Positions 48,805 to 57,896 of a stretch of 64,000 bases of DNA are shown here, in pieces (the stretch's first letter is position 1; each line of letters opens with the position of its first letter). Source of the DNA: an uncultured Acetatifactor sp. (lineage in GTDB: Bacteria; Bacillota; Clostridia; Lachnospirales; Lachnospiraceae); assembly GCA_947625255.1 (NCBI GenBank), contig CANQNT010000014.1, positions 5,977 to 69,976 of the forward strand, read 5' to 3'. The notes beneath the pieces were generated by a model. The model had not been told where the DNA came from. It ran no database searches and saw only the letters and a list, made by a program, of their open reading frames with translations. Made by a program: the position numbers and the translations under genes.

Positions 48805-50886
48805 TCACGCACTCTCAACCACATCCCGTTTCACAGTCACATACCCGCATTGTTCATCCATGCACACCAGCTTATTTCCTTTTTCCAAAAGCATGGACCC
48901 GCACTTGGGGCATTGCTGTCCCGATGGCTTCTGCCAGGCCATAAAATCACAGTTGGGATTATCAATACACCCATAGTATTTTCTGCCTTTTTTAGATTTC
49001 TTCAACACGATATCCTTGCCGCATTTCGGGCAGGGAACCCCGATTTTTTCAAAATAAGGTCTTGTATTCCGACACTCAGGAAAGCCCGGACAAGCCAAAA
49101 ACCGTCCATGAGGCCCGTACTTGATCACCATACGTCTGCCGCACACGTCGCACACTTCATCCGATTCCTCGTCCGCAATTGTAACGTGCTCCAATTGCTT
49201 CTGTGCGGACTTGACCGCCTCGTCCAGATCCGGATAGAAATTGGAAACAATGGTCTTCCATTTCACGTTCCCGTCCTCCACCCCGTCCAGCAAAGCCTCC
49301 ATATTGGCAGTGAAATTCACATCCACGATTGAGGGAAAAGCCTCTTTCATAATGCGATTGACCACCTCTCCCAGTTCCGTCACATATAAGTTCTTATTCT
49401 CTTTCACCACATAATGTCTCGCCAGAATCGTAGTGATGGTGGGCGCATAAGTGCTGGGCCTGCCGATTCCAAGCTCCTCCAGAGCCCTTACCAAAGACGC
49501 CTCCGTATAATGGGCGGGAGGCTGGGTAAAGTGCTGCTTCGGATCAAAAGCCTCAAAATGCAGCACACTGTCCTTGTTAAGCTCTCCCGACAATCTGTTT
49601 TCCTCTTCCTTGTCCTCCTCCTGGGTATAGACGCTCATAAAACCGTCAAACAGCATATGAGATGCCGACACGGTGAAGATCTGGCCCCTGGCCTCCAGCT
49701 TTACGGCCGTGGTGCCAAACCGGGCCGGAGCCATGCGGCTGGCCAGAAAACGTTTCCAGATCAATTGATACAAACGGAATAAGTCTCTGGGAAGCTGATC
49801 TTTCAACGCATAGGGCGTACGGTTCAGATCCGTGGGACGAATGGCCTCATGAGCGTCCTGAATCTTCTGTCCGTTCTTTTTCTCCCTGTTTTCAACAGGA
49901 GCATACTGCTGCCCATAGTGGGCGTTCACATATTCCCGGGCCATATTTTCCGCTTCCTCCGAGATACGGGTGGAATCGGTACGAAGATAGGTGATCAGGC
50001 CCACCGTTCCCTCGCCTTTTACATCCACGCCCTCATACAACTGCTGCGCCAGCCGCATGGTCTTCTGTGTGGAAAAATTCAAGACCTTGCTGGCCTCCTG
50101 CTGCAAGGTGGAGGTGGTAAAAGGCAGTGGCGACTTCTTGGTGCGTTCCCCCTTTTTCACTTCTGTCACATGGTATTCAGCTCCCTCCAGGGAAGCCGTC
50201 AGCTCCTCTACCTGTTCCTTGCGGGTAAGAGCCACCCTTTCCTTTTCCGTGCCATAATAATGGGCCGTAAAGGGTTTCTTCTCTCCGTCCGCCCTGAGGC
50301 TGACATCCAGGCTCCAATATTCCTCCGGGATAAAGGCGTTGATCTCTTCTTCCTTATCACAAATAATCCGCAGTGCCACGGACTGCACCCGCCCCGCGCT
50401 TAAGCCCCGCTTCACCTTGGCCCACAGAAGAGGGGAAATCCGGTATCCCACCATCCGATCCAGCACTCTTCTGGCCTGTTGTGCGTCCACCAAATTCATA
50501 TCGATCTCACGGGCATGCTTCAGGGAATCCTTTACCGCGTTCCTGGTGATCTCGTTGAACGTGATCCGATAAACCTTTTTATCCTCCAATTTCAACGCGT
50601 AATACAAATGCCAGGAAATCGCCTCGCCCTCCCGATCAGGGTCCGTCGCCAGATAGATCTTATCCGCTTTCTTCACGGCCTTGCGCAGCGCCGCCAGAAT
50701 ATCACCCTTTCCGCGAATCGTAATATATTTGGGTTCGAAGTCATGCTCCACGTCAATTCCCAATTGACTCTTGGGAAGATCCCTGACATGGCCATTGCTG
50801 GCCATCACCTCATAATTCGCCCCCAGAATCTTTTTGATCGTCTTCACCTTGGCAGGTGATTCCAATATTACCAAATACTTCGCCAT
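48805..50886 (-). CDS. topA: DNA topoisomerase I
   Basis: ILESPAK, ATDPDREGEAI, SAGRVQS, ITYLRTDS, AHEAIRPT, C-terminal zinc ribbons. Confidence 0.97.
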   Translation of the reverse strand: MAKYLVILESPAKVKTIKKILGANYEVMASNGHVRDLPKSQLGIDVEHDFEPKYITIRGKGDILAALRKAVKKADKIYLATDPDREGEAISWHLYYALKLEDKKVYRITFNEITRNAVKDSLKHAREIDMNLVDAQQARRVLDRMVGYRISPLLWAKVKRGLSAGRVQSVALRIICDKEEEINAFIPEEYWSLDVSLRADGEKKPFTAHYYGTEKERVALTRKEQVEELTASLEGAEYHVTEVKKGERTKKSPLPFTTSTLQQEASKVLNFSTQKTMRLAQQLYEGVDVKGEGTVGLITYLRTDSTRISEEAENMAREYVNAHYGQQYAPVENREKKNGQKIQDAHEAIRPTDLNRTPYALKDQLPRDLFRLYQLIWKRFLASRMAPARFGTTAVKLEARGQIFTVSASHMLFDGFMSVYTQEEDKEEENRLSGELNKDSVLHFEAFDPKQHFTQPPAHYTEASLVRALEELGIGRPSTYAPTITTILARHYVVKENKNLYVTELGEVVNRIMKEAFPSIVDVNFTANMEALLDGVEDGNVKWKTIVSNFYPDLDEAVKSAQKQLEHVTIADEESDEVCDVCGRRMVIKYGPHGRFLACPGFPECRNTRPYFEKIGVPCPKCGKDIVLKKSKKGRKYYGCIDNPNCDFMAWQKPSGQQCPKCGSMLLEKGNKLVCMDEQCGYVTVKRDVVESA

Positions 50887-51149
50887 ACCCTCGCCTCACT
50901 TATTGATACTCAATCCCGCAACCCTTATCTTTCGTCAATCGCCAATCACTATACACCAAAATGAAAATCGATGCAAGAGGATTCCGAAAAAATAAACAGT
51001 AAAAATCATCGCGCGGCAAAGGGAACCGGCATCGCGGCCGCCCATTTTCGCGACGTCATGCCTCCTGCCCTTTTCCTCCTGCCAATTTTTGCGGCACACA
51101 AAAAGAGAGGTTTCGCAGCCTCCCTTTCGTTTTTCTCCAAATTCCGGTT

Positions 51150-51695
51150 TTAATCCTGAAAAGTCTTCAATGCCTCTAATGTCTGTTCAATCAATTCGTC
51201 CACGGTAATTCCCAGCATCTCGGCCCCCTGGGTGATCACCTCTCTGGAACAGCCCGCGGCAAAGCCCTTGGATTTAAATTTCTTCTTTACTGATTTTACT
51301 TCCAGATCCTGCACGCTCTTAGAAGGACGCATCAGCACCACGGCACCGATCAGCCCCGTCAATTCATCCACCGCGAACAAAACCTTTTCCATCTCATGCT
51401 CCGGCTTGATGTCTACCGTGATCCCGTATCCATGACTGGCAGTGGCATGAATCAGACGCTCGTCCAGACCTCTCTTGCGCATGATTTCCTGGGATTTGAT
51501 GCAGTGCTGATCCGGATATTTCTCAAAATCCAAATCGTGCAACAGTCCCACAATGCCCCAGAACTCCTTTTCCTCCCCGTAACCGCGCTTTTCGGCAAAA
51601 TACTCCATGGTCTTTTCCACGATCTGTGCATGTTCCAAATGAAACGCGTCCTGATTGTACTCTGTGAGCAGCGCCCACGCTTCTTCTCGATTCAT
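51150..51695 (-). CDS. HD-domain hydrolase
   Basis: GLLHDLDFE, DELTGLI, FAAGCSRE. Confidence 0.85.
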   Translation of the reverse strand: MNREEAWALLTEYNQDAFHLEHAQIVEKTMEYFAEKRGYGEEKEFWGIVGLLHDLDFEKYPDQHCIKSQEIMRKRGLDERLIHATASHGYGITVDIKPEHEMEKVLFAVDELTGLIGAVVLMRPSKSVQDLEVKSVKKKFKSKGFAAGCSREVITQGAEMLGITVDELIEQTLEALKTFQD

Positions 51696-51754
51696 TACCT
51701 TGTATCTCCTTTTTCCTTTTTCTAGAGACGAATCACAAACACATTTCCCAAAAG

Positions 51755-52666
51755 CTATAACAGGCCCTTATCCCGATACTTCGCGATTTCCTCCAGATAC
51801 TTTTGTCCCAGAGGACTGATCGCCACCCCCTTGCGCACAAGATAACCGATGGTCATGGTTTCCTTGGAAGCAAGCCTGACGGCCCGATATTCCGAACCGT
51901 TCAGTTCCTCGCAAATGATTCCGGAACAAAGCGTGTAGCCGTTTAAACCCACCATCAGGTTCAGCATCGTGGCCCTATCGTTTGCCTTGATCAGGCGCTT
52001 GTATTCATAAGTGCTGAGCACTTCCTCCGCAAAATAAAAAGAATTATGATCTCCTTGTTCAAAGGAAAGGCAGGGATACTCCGCCAGCTCTTCCAGAGTG
52101 ATTTCCTCCTGGTCCGCCAGCGGATGCCCCTTCCACAAATAAACATAGATCCCACATTGTAAAATCTCATGAAATTCCAGTTGAAACTCATGGAACAGCT
52201 TCGTCAGAACCTTTCGGTTAAAATCATTGAGATACAAAATCCCGATCTCGCTTCGGAAATCCCTCACGTCCTCAATCACGTCATGAGTTCTGGTCTCGTG
52301 AACAGCGAACTCATATTCATCCATACCGAACTGTTCCACCATCTTCACGAAAGCGTCCACCGCAAACGTATAATGCTGCATGGAGACGCTGAATTTCTTC
52401 TTAATTTTTTCCTTGGAGATGAATCTGGTTTCCAACAGCGCATACTGCTCTACCACTTGTCTGGCATACCCGATAAATTCCTCTCCTTCCGGCGTTATGG
52501 AGATCCCCCTGCTGGTCCGCCAGAACAATTCTATTCCGATTTCCGCCTCCAACTCATGGATGGAGGCGGAAAGACTGGGCTGGGCTATGTAGAGGCTGTG
52601 CGCGGCCTCGTTCATGGACTTGGCCCCCGCCACCGTGATCGCGTATTTTAACTGAGTCAGCGTCAT
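51755..52666 (-). CDS. LysR family regulator (MtaR/CmbR-like)
   Basis: MTLTQLKY..AAHSLYIAQPSLSASIHELE HTH; directly downstream of metY. Confidence 0.9.
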   Translation of the reverse strand: MTLTQLKYAITVAGAKSMNEAAHSLYIAQPSLSASIHELEAEIGIELFWRTSRGISITPEGEEFIGYARQVVEQYALLETRFISKEKIKKKFSVSMQHYTFAVDAFVKMVEQFGMDEYEFAVHETRTHDVIEDVRDFRSEIGILYLNDFNRKVLTKLFHEFQLEFHEILQCGIYVYLWKGHPLADQEEITLEELAEYPCLSFEQGDHNSFYFAEEVLSTYEYKRLIKANDRATMLNLMVGLNGYTLCSGIICEELNGSEYRAVRLASKETMTIGYLVRKGVAISPLGQKYLEEIAKYRDKGLL

Positions 52667-52705
52667 AAAGCCAGCCTTCCATTTCTTTATAATACATTCG
52701 GCTCA

Positions 52706-54016
52706 TCATGCTTCCACGGCGCGGAACGCTTCTTCCAAATCCTCCAGAATATCATCGATATGCTCCGTTCCAATGGAAAGACGAATGGTGTTAGGACGGA
52801 TTCCCTGATCCAGAAGCTCCTCCTCATTCAACTGAGAATGGGTGGTGGATGCGGGATGAATCACCAGAGACTTCACGTCCGCCACATTGGCAAGCAGGGA
52901 GAACAACTCCAGATTATCAATAAACTTCTTGGCTTTCTCCGCATCGCCCTTGATTTCAAAGGTGAAAATGGATCCGCCGCCGTTGGGGAAATACTTCTTA
53001 TAAAGAGCCTGTTGCTCCGGATCATCGCTGACGGCCGGATGATGCACCTTTTCCACCTGGGGATGCTTGTTCAGGTACTCTACCACTTTCAACGCGTTCT
53101 CCACATGACGCTCCACACGCAGGGACAAGGTCTCAAGGCCCTGGAGGAAGAAAAACGCGTGGAAAGGAGATATGGTCGCTCCCGTATCACGCAGCAAAAT
53201 CGCCCGGATCTTGGTCACAAAGGCCGCGGGACCAACCGCCTTGGTAAAGCTTACGCCATGATAGCTGGGATTGGGCTCCACCAGAGAAGGGAACTTTCCA
53301 CTGGCTTCCCAGTCGAACTTTCCGCTGTCCACGATCACGCCGCCAATGGTGGTTCCATGACCGCCAATGAATTTGGTGGCGGAGTGAACCACGATATCCG
53401 CGCCATATTCAATCGGGCGCACCAGATACGGAGTCGCGAACGTATTGTCGATCACCAACGGAATCTTTTTGGCATGGGCGATCTTGGCCAGGCGCTCGAT
53501 ATCTACCACGTCGGAATTGGGATTCCCCAAAGTCTCGATGAAAACCGCCTTGGTATTCTCCTGGATAGCCCCTTCCACTTCTTCATAATCAAAGGGATTC
53601 ACAAACGTGGTCTTAATACCGTACTGGGGAAGCGTATGAGCCAGCAAATTGTAGGTTCCGCCATAAATATTCTTGGCCGCTACGATATGATCACCGGCCT
53701 GGGCCAGATTTTCAAAAGTATAGGTGATGGCTGCCGCACCGGATGCCACCGCCAGGGCCGCCACGCCGCCCTCCAGCGCAGCAATCCTCTTCTCGAAAAC
53801 ATCCTCCGTAGGATTGGTCAGTCTGCCATAGATATTGCCGGCATCGCTTAAATTGAATCTCGCGGCCGCGTGTTCACAGTTACGAAAAACATAAGAAGAT
53901 GTCTGATAAATCGGCACCGCCCTGGCATCCGTCACCGGATCCGGCTGCTCCTGCCCCACATGAAGCTGTAATGTCTCAAATTTCAACGCTCTTTCTGAAT
54001 AGGATTTCTTGCTCAT
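52706..54016 (-). CDS. metY: O-acetylhomoserine sulfhydrylase
   Basis: IYQTSSY, YGRLTNPT, HSATKFIGGHG (PLP lysine), LANVADVKSLVIHPASTTH. Confidence 0.92.
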   Translation of the reverse strand: MSKKSYSERALKFETLQLHVGQEQPDPVTDARAVPIYQTSSYVFRNCEHAAARFNLSDAGNIYGRLTNPTEDVFEKRIAALEGGVAALAVASGAAAITYTFENLAQAGDHIVAAKNIYGGTYNLLAHTLPQYGIKTTFVNPFDYEEVEGAIQENTKAVFIETLGNPNSDVVDIERLAKIAHAKKIPLVIDNTFATPYLVRPIEYGADIVVHSATKFIGGHGTTIGGVIVDSGKFDWEASGKFPSLVEPNPSYHGVSFTKAVGPAAFVTKIRAILLRDTGATISPFHAFFFLQGLETLSLRVERHVENALKVVEYLNKHPQVEKVHHPAVSDDPEQQALYKKYFPNGGGSIFTFEIKGDAEKAKKFIDNLELFSLLANVADVKSLVIHPASTTHSQLNEEELLDQGIRPNTIRLSIGTEHIDDILEDLEEAFRAVEA

Positions 54017-54146
54017 TTCTAACCTCTTTCCGCGGGAATGCCCCGCTCATTCTTTCGGACGGCCAACTTACGCGGCTCACCTCTTTGCTAATGGCATCAT
54101 AACACAAGAGAATCCATCCGTCCAATACATGATAACATAAGCTGGT

Positions 54147-54163
54147 TATAGTTTCAAGCTATA
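54147..54163. promoter_or_regulatory. MetR/MtaR/CmbR-type LysR operator upstream of metY
   Basis: TATAGTTTCAAGCTATA versus the streptococcal consensus TATAGTTTNAAACTATA; centre about 66 nt upstream of the inferred start (TATGAT -10 at 54096-54101). Confidence 0.7.
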
Positions 54164-54201
54164 GCTTTACTATTTTCTCTAAAATTCTATGATCCGATCC
54201 C

Positions 54202-55644
54202 TCACCGGGCCTGCAGCTTAATGACCACGTCCCCGTTCTCCTCGATTTCCAGATGCATGGGCTTGATAAAACGGTTATAAAACTGCTGCCGTTCCGCCTC
54301 CGACATGACTACCCGCGTGGAATCAAAAGCCGCATCCAGCATCTCGTTGATATTGAGCCGGACGGTCTGGTCCAGATAACGATAAATCTCCCGCACTAAG
54401 GCGCTGATCTTAATACCGTTGCTGTTGCCGGAATAGAAATCATCAATATAGCAGAAAAAAATACCGGAATTCACCAATGCCGCCTTGATATCACTCCCGC
54501 ACTTCTCATGCTCCACCATGACCAGGAAATGGGCTTCCGGCAGCGAGGAAATCAACCCCCAATAATCGGAATCACTGGAAACGATAATGAAGGAATCCAC
54601 ATCATTTTGATAGAATTCCCTGCAGGCCCCCGCGGTCAGACGGATGTCCACCAACGATTTGCTCTGCTTGATCCGCTCAATCATCACATGCTCCACGGGA
54701 ATGGACGTATAGGTATCCAGAATCTTCCATGCGCTGGCAGTGTGAATGTCGTCAAAAAGAATGATCTTCACAATCTTTTGCAGCGTATCGGAGCTTAGAT
54801 TATTCAGCGTTGCGCAGAGCTTGTAAGGATCCGAATTTTCACAGTCCACCACGATCACGGTCCGTTTACTGTCATCCAGGAAGTCATAAATACTGCTCTT
54901 GGTAAAATTCCCCACGTCCGATACCTTGCTCAGATCCGTAAATTTATCATGATTCCATTCATACAGCAGCGTAACAAACTTCAAATCATGAAATAAAATA
55001 TTACCCTGATCCGACGCGGGCCAATTCATATAAACCTGATACGGATAAAATGAACGCTTTGCATAATATAAATTGGCTGCCTCCCGGGTGCCCGCCTCGG
55101 TCAGGCCCTTGGGCATGATAAAAATATCTCGTATATATTGCCAACTGATCCATAAGGGGAATAATTCTTTACAATTATTGATTCTGTCCGAAATATAACG
55201 ATTAATTTCCACCAGATGCTGAACCAGACTCTTTCTGGAACCGCCAAACCTGATACCATCCTCCGAAAGCTGATAAATCGATTCCTCGGGAATGAGGTCC
55301 GGCACTGTCATAATACTCTTGTATTCATAATTGATGCGGTCGTTGATCGCTTTAAAATTCCGCTCAATCGAAGTGCGCAAAATGCAGAGATTACGAATGA
55401 TTCTGGCATTTTTGTTCTTTTCCAGCCGAACGAAAACATCCATTTGCGGTGGTTCATGATCATTTTCGAAAATGCGCTTGGGAACGCCAAGTAAATATGC
55501 GGTAAGCGATATCAAGGAATATGTATATTTTGTTCTCGTCTCTGGTTCGTCCCTTTTCTCTCCCGGAACGGAAGCCGGATTCTCTTCTGTAGCTTCCAGA
55601 TGCTTTTCATCCTGTGCATAATGATCCATCCATTCTTCTGCCAT
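54202..55644 (-). CDS. NYN/PIN-like domain protein with uncharacterised N-terminal region
   Basis: C-terminal VIVVDCENSD...FIIVSSDSDYWGLI, the acidic NYN/LabA pattern. Confidence 0.7.
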   Translation of the reverse strand: MAEEWMDHYAQDEKHLEATEENPASVPGEKRDEPETRTKYTYSLISLTAYLLGVPKRIFENDHEPPQMDVFVRLEKNKNARIIRNLCILRTSIERNFKAINDRINYEYKSIMTVPDLIPEESIYQLSEDGIRFGGSRKSLVQHLVEINRYISDRINNCKELFPLWISWQYIRDIFIMPKGLTEAGTREAANLYYAKRSFYPYQVYMNWPASDQGNILFHDLKFVTLLYEWNHDKFTDLSKVSDVGNFTKSSIYDFLDDSKRTVIVVDCENSDPYKLCATLNNLSSDTLQKIVKIILFDDIHTASAWKILDTYTSIPVEHVMIERIKQSKSLVDIRLTAGACREFYQNDVDSFIIVSSDSDYWGLISSLPEAHFLVMVEHEKCGSDIKAALVNSGIFFCYIDDFYSGNSNGIKISALVREIYRYLDQTVRLNINEMLDAAFDSTRVVMSEAERQQFYNRFIKPMHLEIEENGDVVIKLQAR

Positions 55645-55947
55645 AGGCTGCTCCTTTCCTCAAATGATACAAACTTTTCTCTTATATACATATCGTTCCC
55701 GTCCCTCTTTATGATAGACGAAACGCAAACATTTTGCAATCCTTTATTTTTAACCGATTCTTTTGGATATATTTCACGAATCATGAATTTTATCATTTTC
55801 CCATTCTTCTGACAGCAATAAAAAAGGCGGACTTGATTTTGCCAGTACTCCGGATCCACCTTAACATGAGCCAGGGATCAAAAGTCTGACAGAACCAGTC
55901 CGCCGTCGATGAAAAAACAGAACGACAATTTCCAATGAAATGAGTTC

Positions 55948-56391
55948 TTACTTCTCGTCCAATTGGGAAGTACAATGCGGGCATCTCACCGCATCGATAG
56001 CGATCTCACTCTTACAGAACGGGCAGATCTTCGTCGTAGGCGCTGCCGGCGCAGGCGCTTCTTCCTTATGTTTGAACTTCTCATTGAGCGCGTTCAAACC
56101 CTTGACAATACAGAAAATCACAAAGGCGGTAATCAGAAAATTGATAACAGCCGTAATAAAGTTACCGTAGGTTAACACCGGGGCATTCTCTCCACTTCCC
56201 AAAACCACTACCAGATTGGAAAAATCCGTTCCGCCAAAGATACCAAGAATGGGGGTCAGGATGTCCTGATTCAGACTGGTAACGATGGATGTAAAGGCTC
56301 CGCCCACGATCACACCGACGGCCATATCCATAACGTTTCCTCGCATAATGAATTTCTTAAACTCGCTGAAAAAACCATTTCCCTTGCTCAT
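55948..56391 (-). CDS. mscL: Large-conductance mechanosensitive channel
   Basis: FKKFIMRGNVMDMAVGVIVGGAF, YGNFITAVINFLI; C-terminal CPFC..CPHC. Confidence 0.96.
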   Translation of the reverse strand: MSKGNGFFSEFKKFIMRGNVMDMAVGVIVGGAFTSIVTSLNQDILTPILGIFGGTDFSNLVVVLGSGENAPVLTYGNFITAVINFLITAFVIFCIVKGLNALNEKFKHKEEAPAPAAPTTKICPFCKSEIAIDAVRCPHCTSQLDEK

Positions 56392-56528
56392 ATGTTCCTC
56401 CTATTCATCCTTGAATGGTCCGAATCAGAAAATCGGGTCAACCATCAAGGGATATTCTTATGATCTTCTTAAGTATAACAAACTTATATCCCAGAAGCAA
56501 CTGAGAATTCATTTTTTCTCCGAAAATT

Positions 56529-57644
56529 TCAAGGTGTAATAATCTGCCTTGCCATTTCCGCCCCGGCCGCATGGGGCGTGAACAAGTCTTCCGCACCCGG
56601 CGTCAGATAAATCTCGCCCTCCCGCGTCACAAGCACCATCTCAAAATCCTGATGTGCGCGCCAATAAGCGGAGGCTTTTTCCAGCCCCATGACATAAAGC
56701 GCCGTAGATAGCGCGTCACACAGTTTTCCCTCGGACGAAATGACCGTGACGGAAGCCAGGCCGCTTTGAGCGGGACAACCGGTGGCGGGATCAAGGATAT
56801 GACCATATTGCCTGCCGTCTTCTCCTGTAAAATAGCGTTCATAGGCTCCGGAAGTGACTACTGCCGCATCCCGCACCTCCACGACTCCATAAAGATCCTG
56901 GGAAAAAGGATCCCGCAGCCCCAACCTCCAGGGGGTCCCGTCGGGTTTGGAGCCTAAAGTCTGAATATTGCCGCCCAGATCCAAAATGGCGGAAGTGACA
57001 TTTCTTTCGCGCAAAAAATCAATCAGCAGATCTCCCGCCCAACCTTTTCCAACCGCACCAAGATCCAGCATCATGCCCGGTTCCAGCCTGACCACATTTT
57101 CCTCCAACCGCACACGCGCATACCCCACTCGCTCTAAAAGTCCGGCAATTTCCTCCAAATCCGGAATACGGTATTCTCCGGTGGTAAAACCCCATGCCCG
57201 CAATAACGGATAAACCGTGGGATCCAATGCTCCGTCCGTTTCCCTGGCCATCTCCAGGGCAAATCGGATAATGTCGGCAGTCTCAGCGCTGACTGAAACC
57301 TCCCGGTCAAAATTCCTATCCGTCTCACCGGCTGTCTCCATCGCGCCGGCATTTACCGCGTATATCTCGCTCTTTTCCTCCGTGACAGACCAGAGAGCTT
57401 CCCATGCGAGGACCCGATCTCTGGCTTCTTCCAGAATTTCATCCATCCCATCTCCGTAAGCGGTCAGGGTCATCCGGGTATCCATGGCGAAAAAAGTTAC
57501 CACGGATTTCTCCGTGTTTTGCCGCTCACAGCCCGTGAGCACCACAGCGAAAGCGGTCATGCTCAAAATAATATATAAGAGCGCTTTCAAGATCCCGCTC
57601 CTTACACAGCGCGGCTTTCTATGTACCAACCCATAAGCTTTCAT
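56529..57644 (-). CDS. apbE: FAD:protein FMN transferase lipoprotein
   Basis: Lipobox LTGC, FAMDT, DLGAVGKG, LDLGGNI, VTSGAYER, HILDP, DALST. Confidence 0.92.
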   Translation of the reverse strand: MKAYGLVHRKPRCVRSGILKALLYIILSMTAFAVVLTGCERQNTEKSVVTFFAMDTRMTLTAYGDGMDEILEEARDRVLAWEALWSVTEEKSEIYAVNAGAMETAGETDRNFDREVSVSAETADIIRFALEMARETDGALDPTVYPLLRAWGFTTGEYRIPDLEEIAGLLERVGYARVRLEENVVRLEPGMMLDLGAVGKGWAGDLLIDFLRERNVTSAILDLGGNIQTLGSKPDGTPWRLGLRDPFSQDLYGVVEVRDAAVVTSGAYERYFTGEDGRQYGHILDPATGCPAQSGLASVTVISSEGKLCDALSTALYVMGLEKASAYWRAHQDFEMVLVTREGEIYLTPGAEDLFTPHAAGAEMARQIITP

Positions 57645-57896
57645 AAAATCCTTTCTCCTCGCCTGGTTCTTGCAGGAATTCAGAAAACCAGGGGCCGTCC
57701 CTGCATGACAGTCCCTGGTTCCTGATTCCTATAAGCAACGATTTCCTACGAAATACTTCCTTATATAAAATATATAACACCGAATTTCTTTTTACAAACT
57801 TCTTTTTTCTAACTTTTTTTGCAAACTTTTTTTACATATTCTGGAATCATGAACGATACCTTCACAGGCATCTTAGCCTCTGCAGAATCTCCTGTC

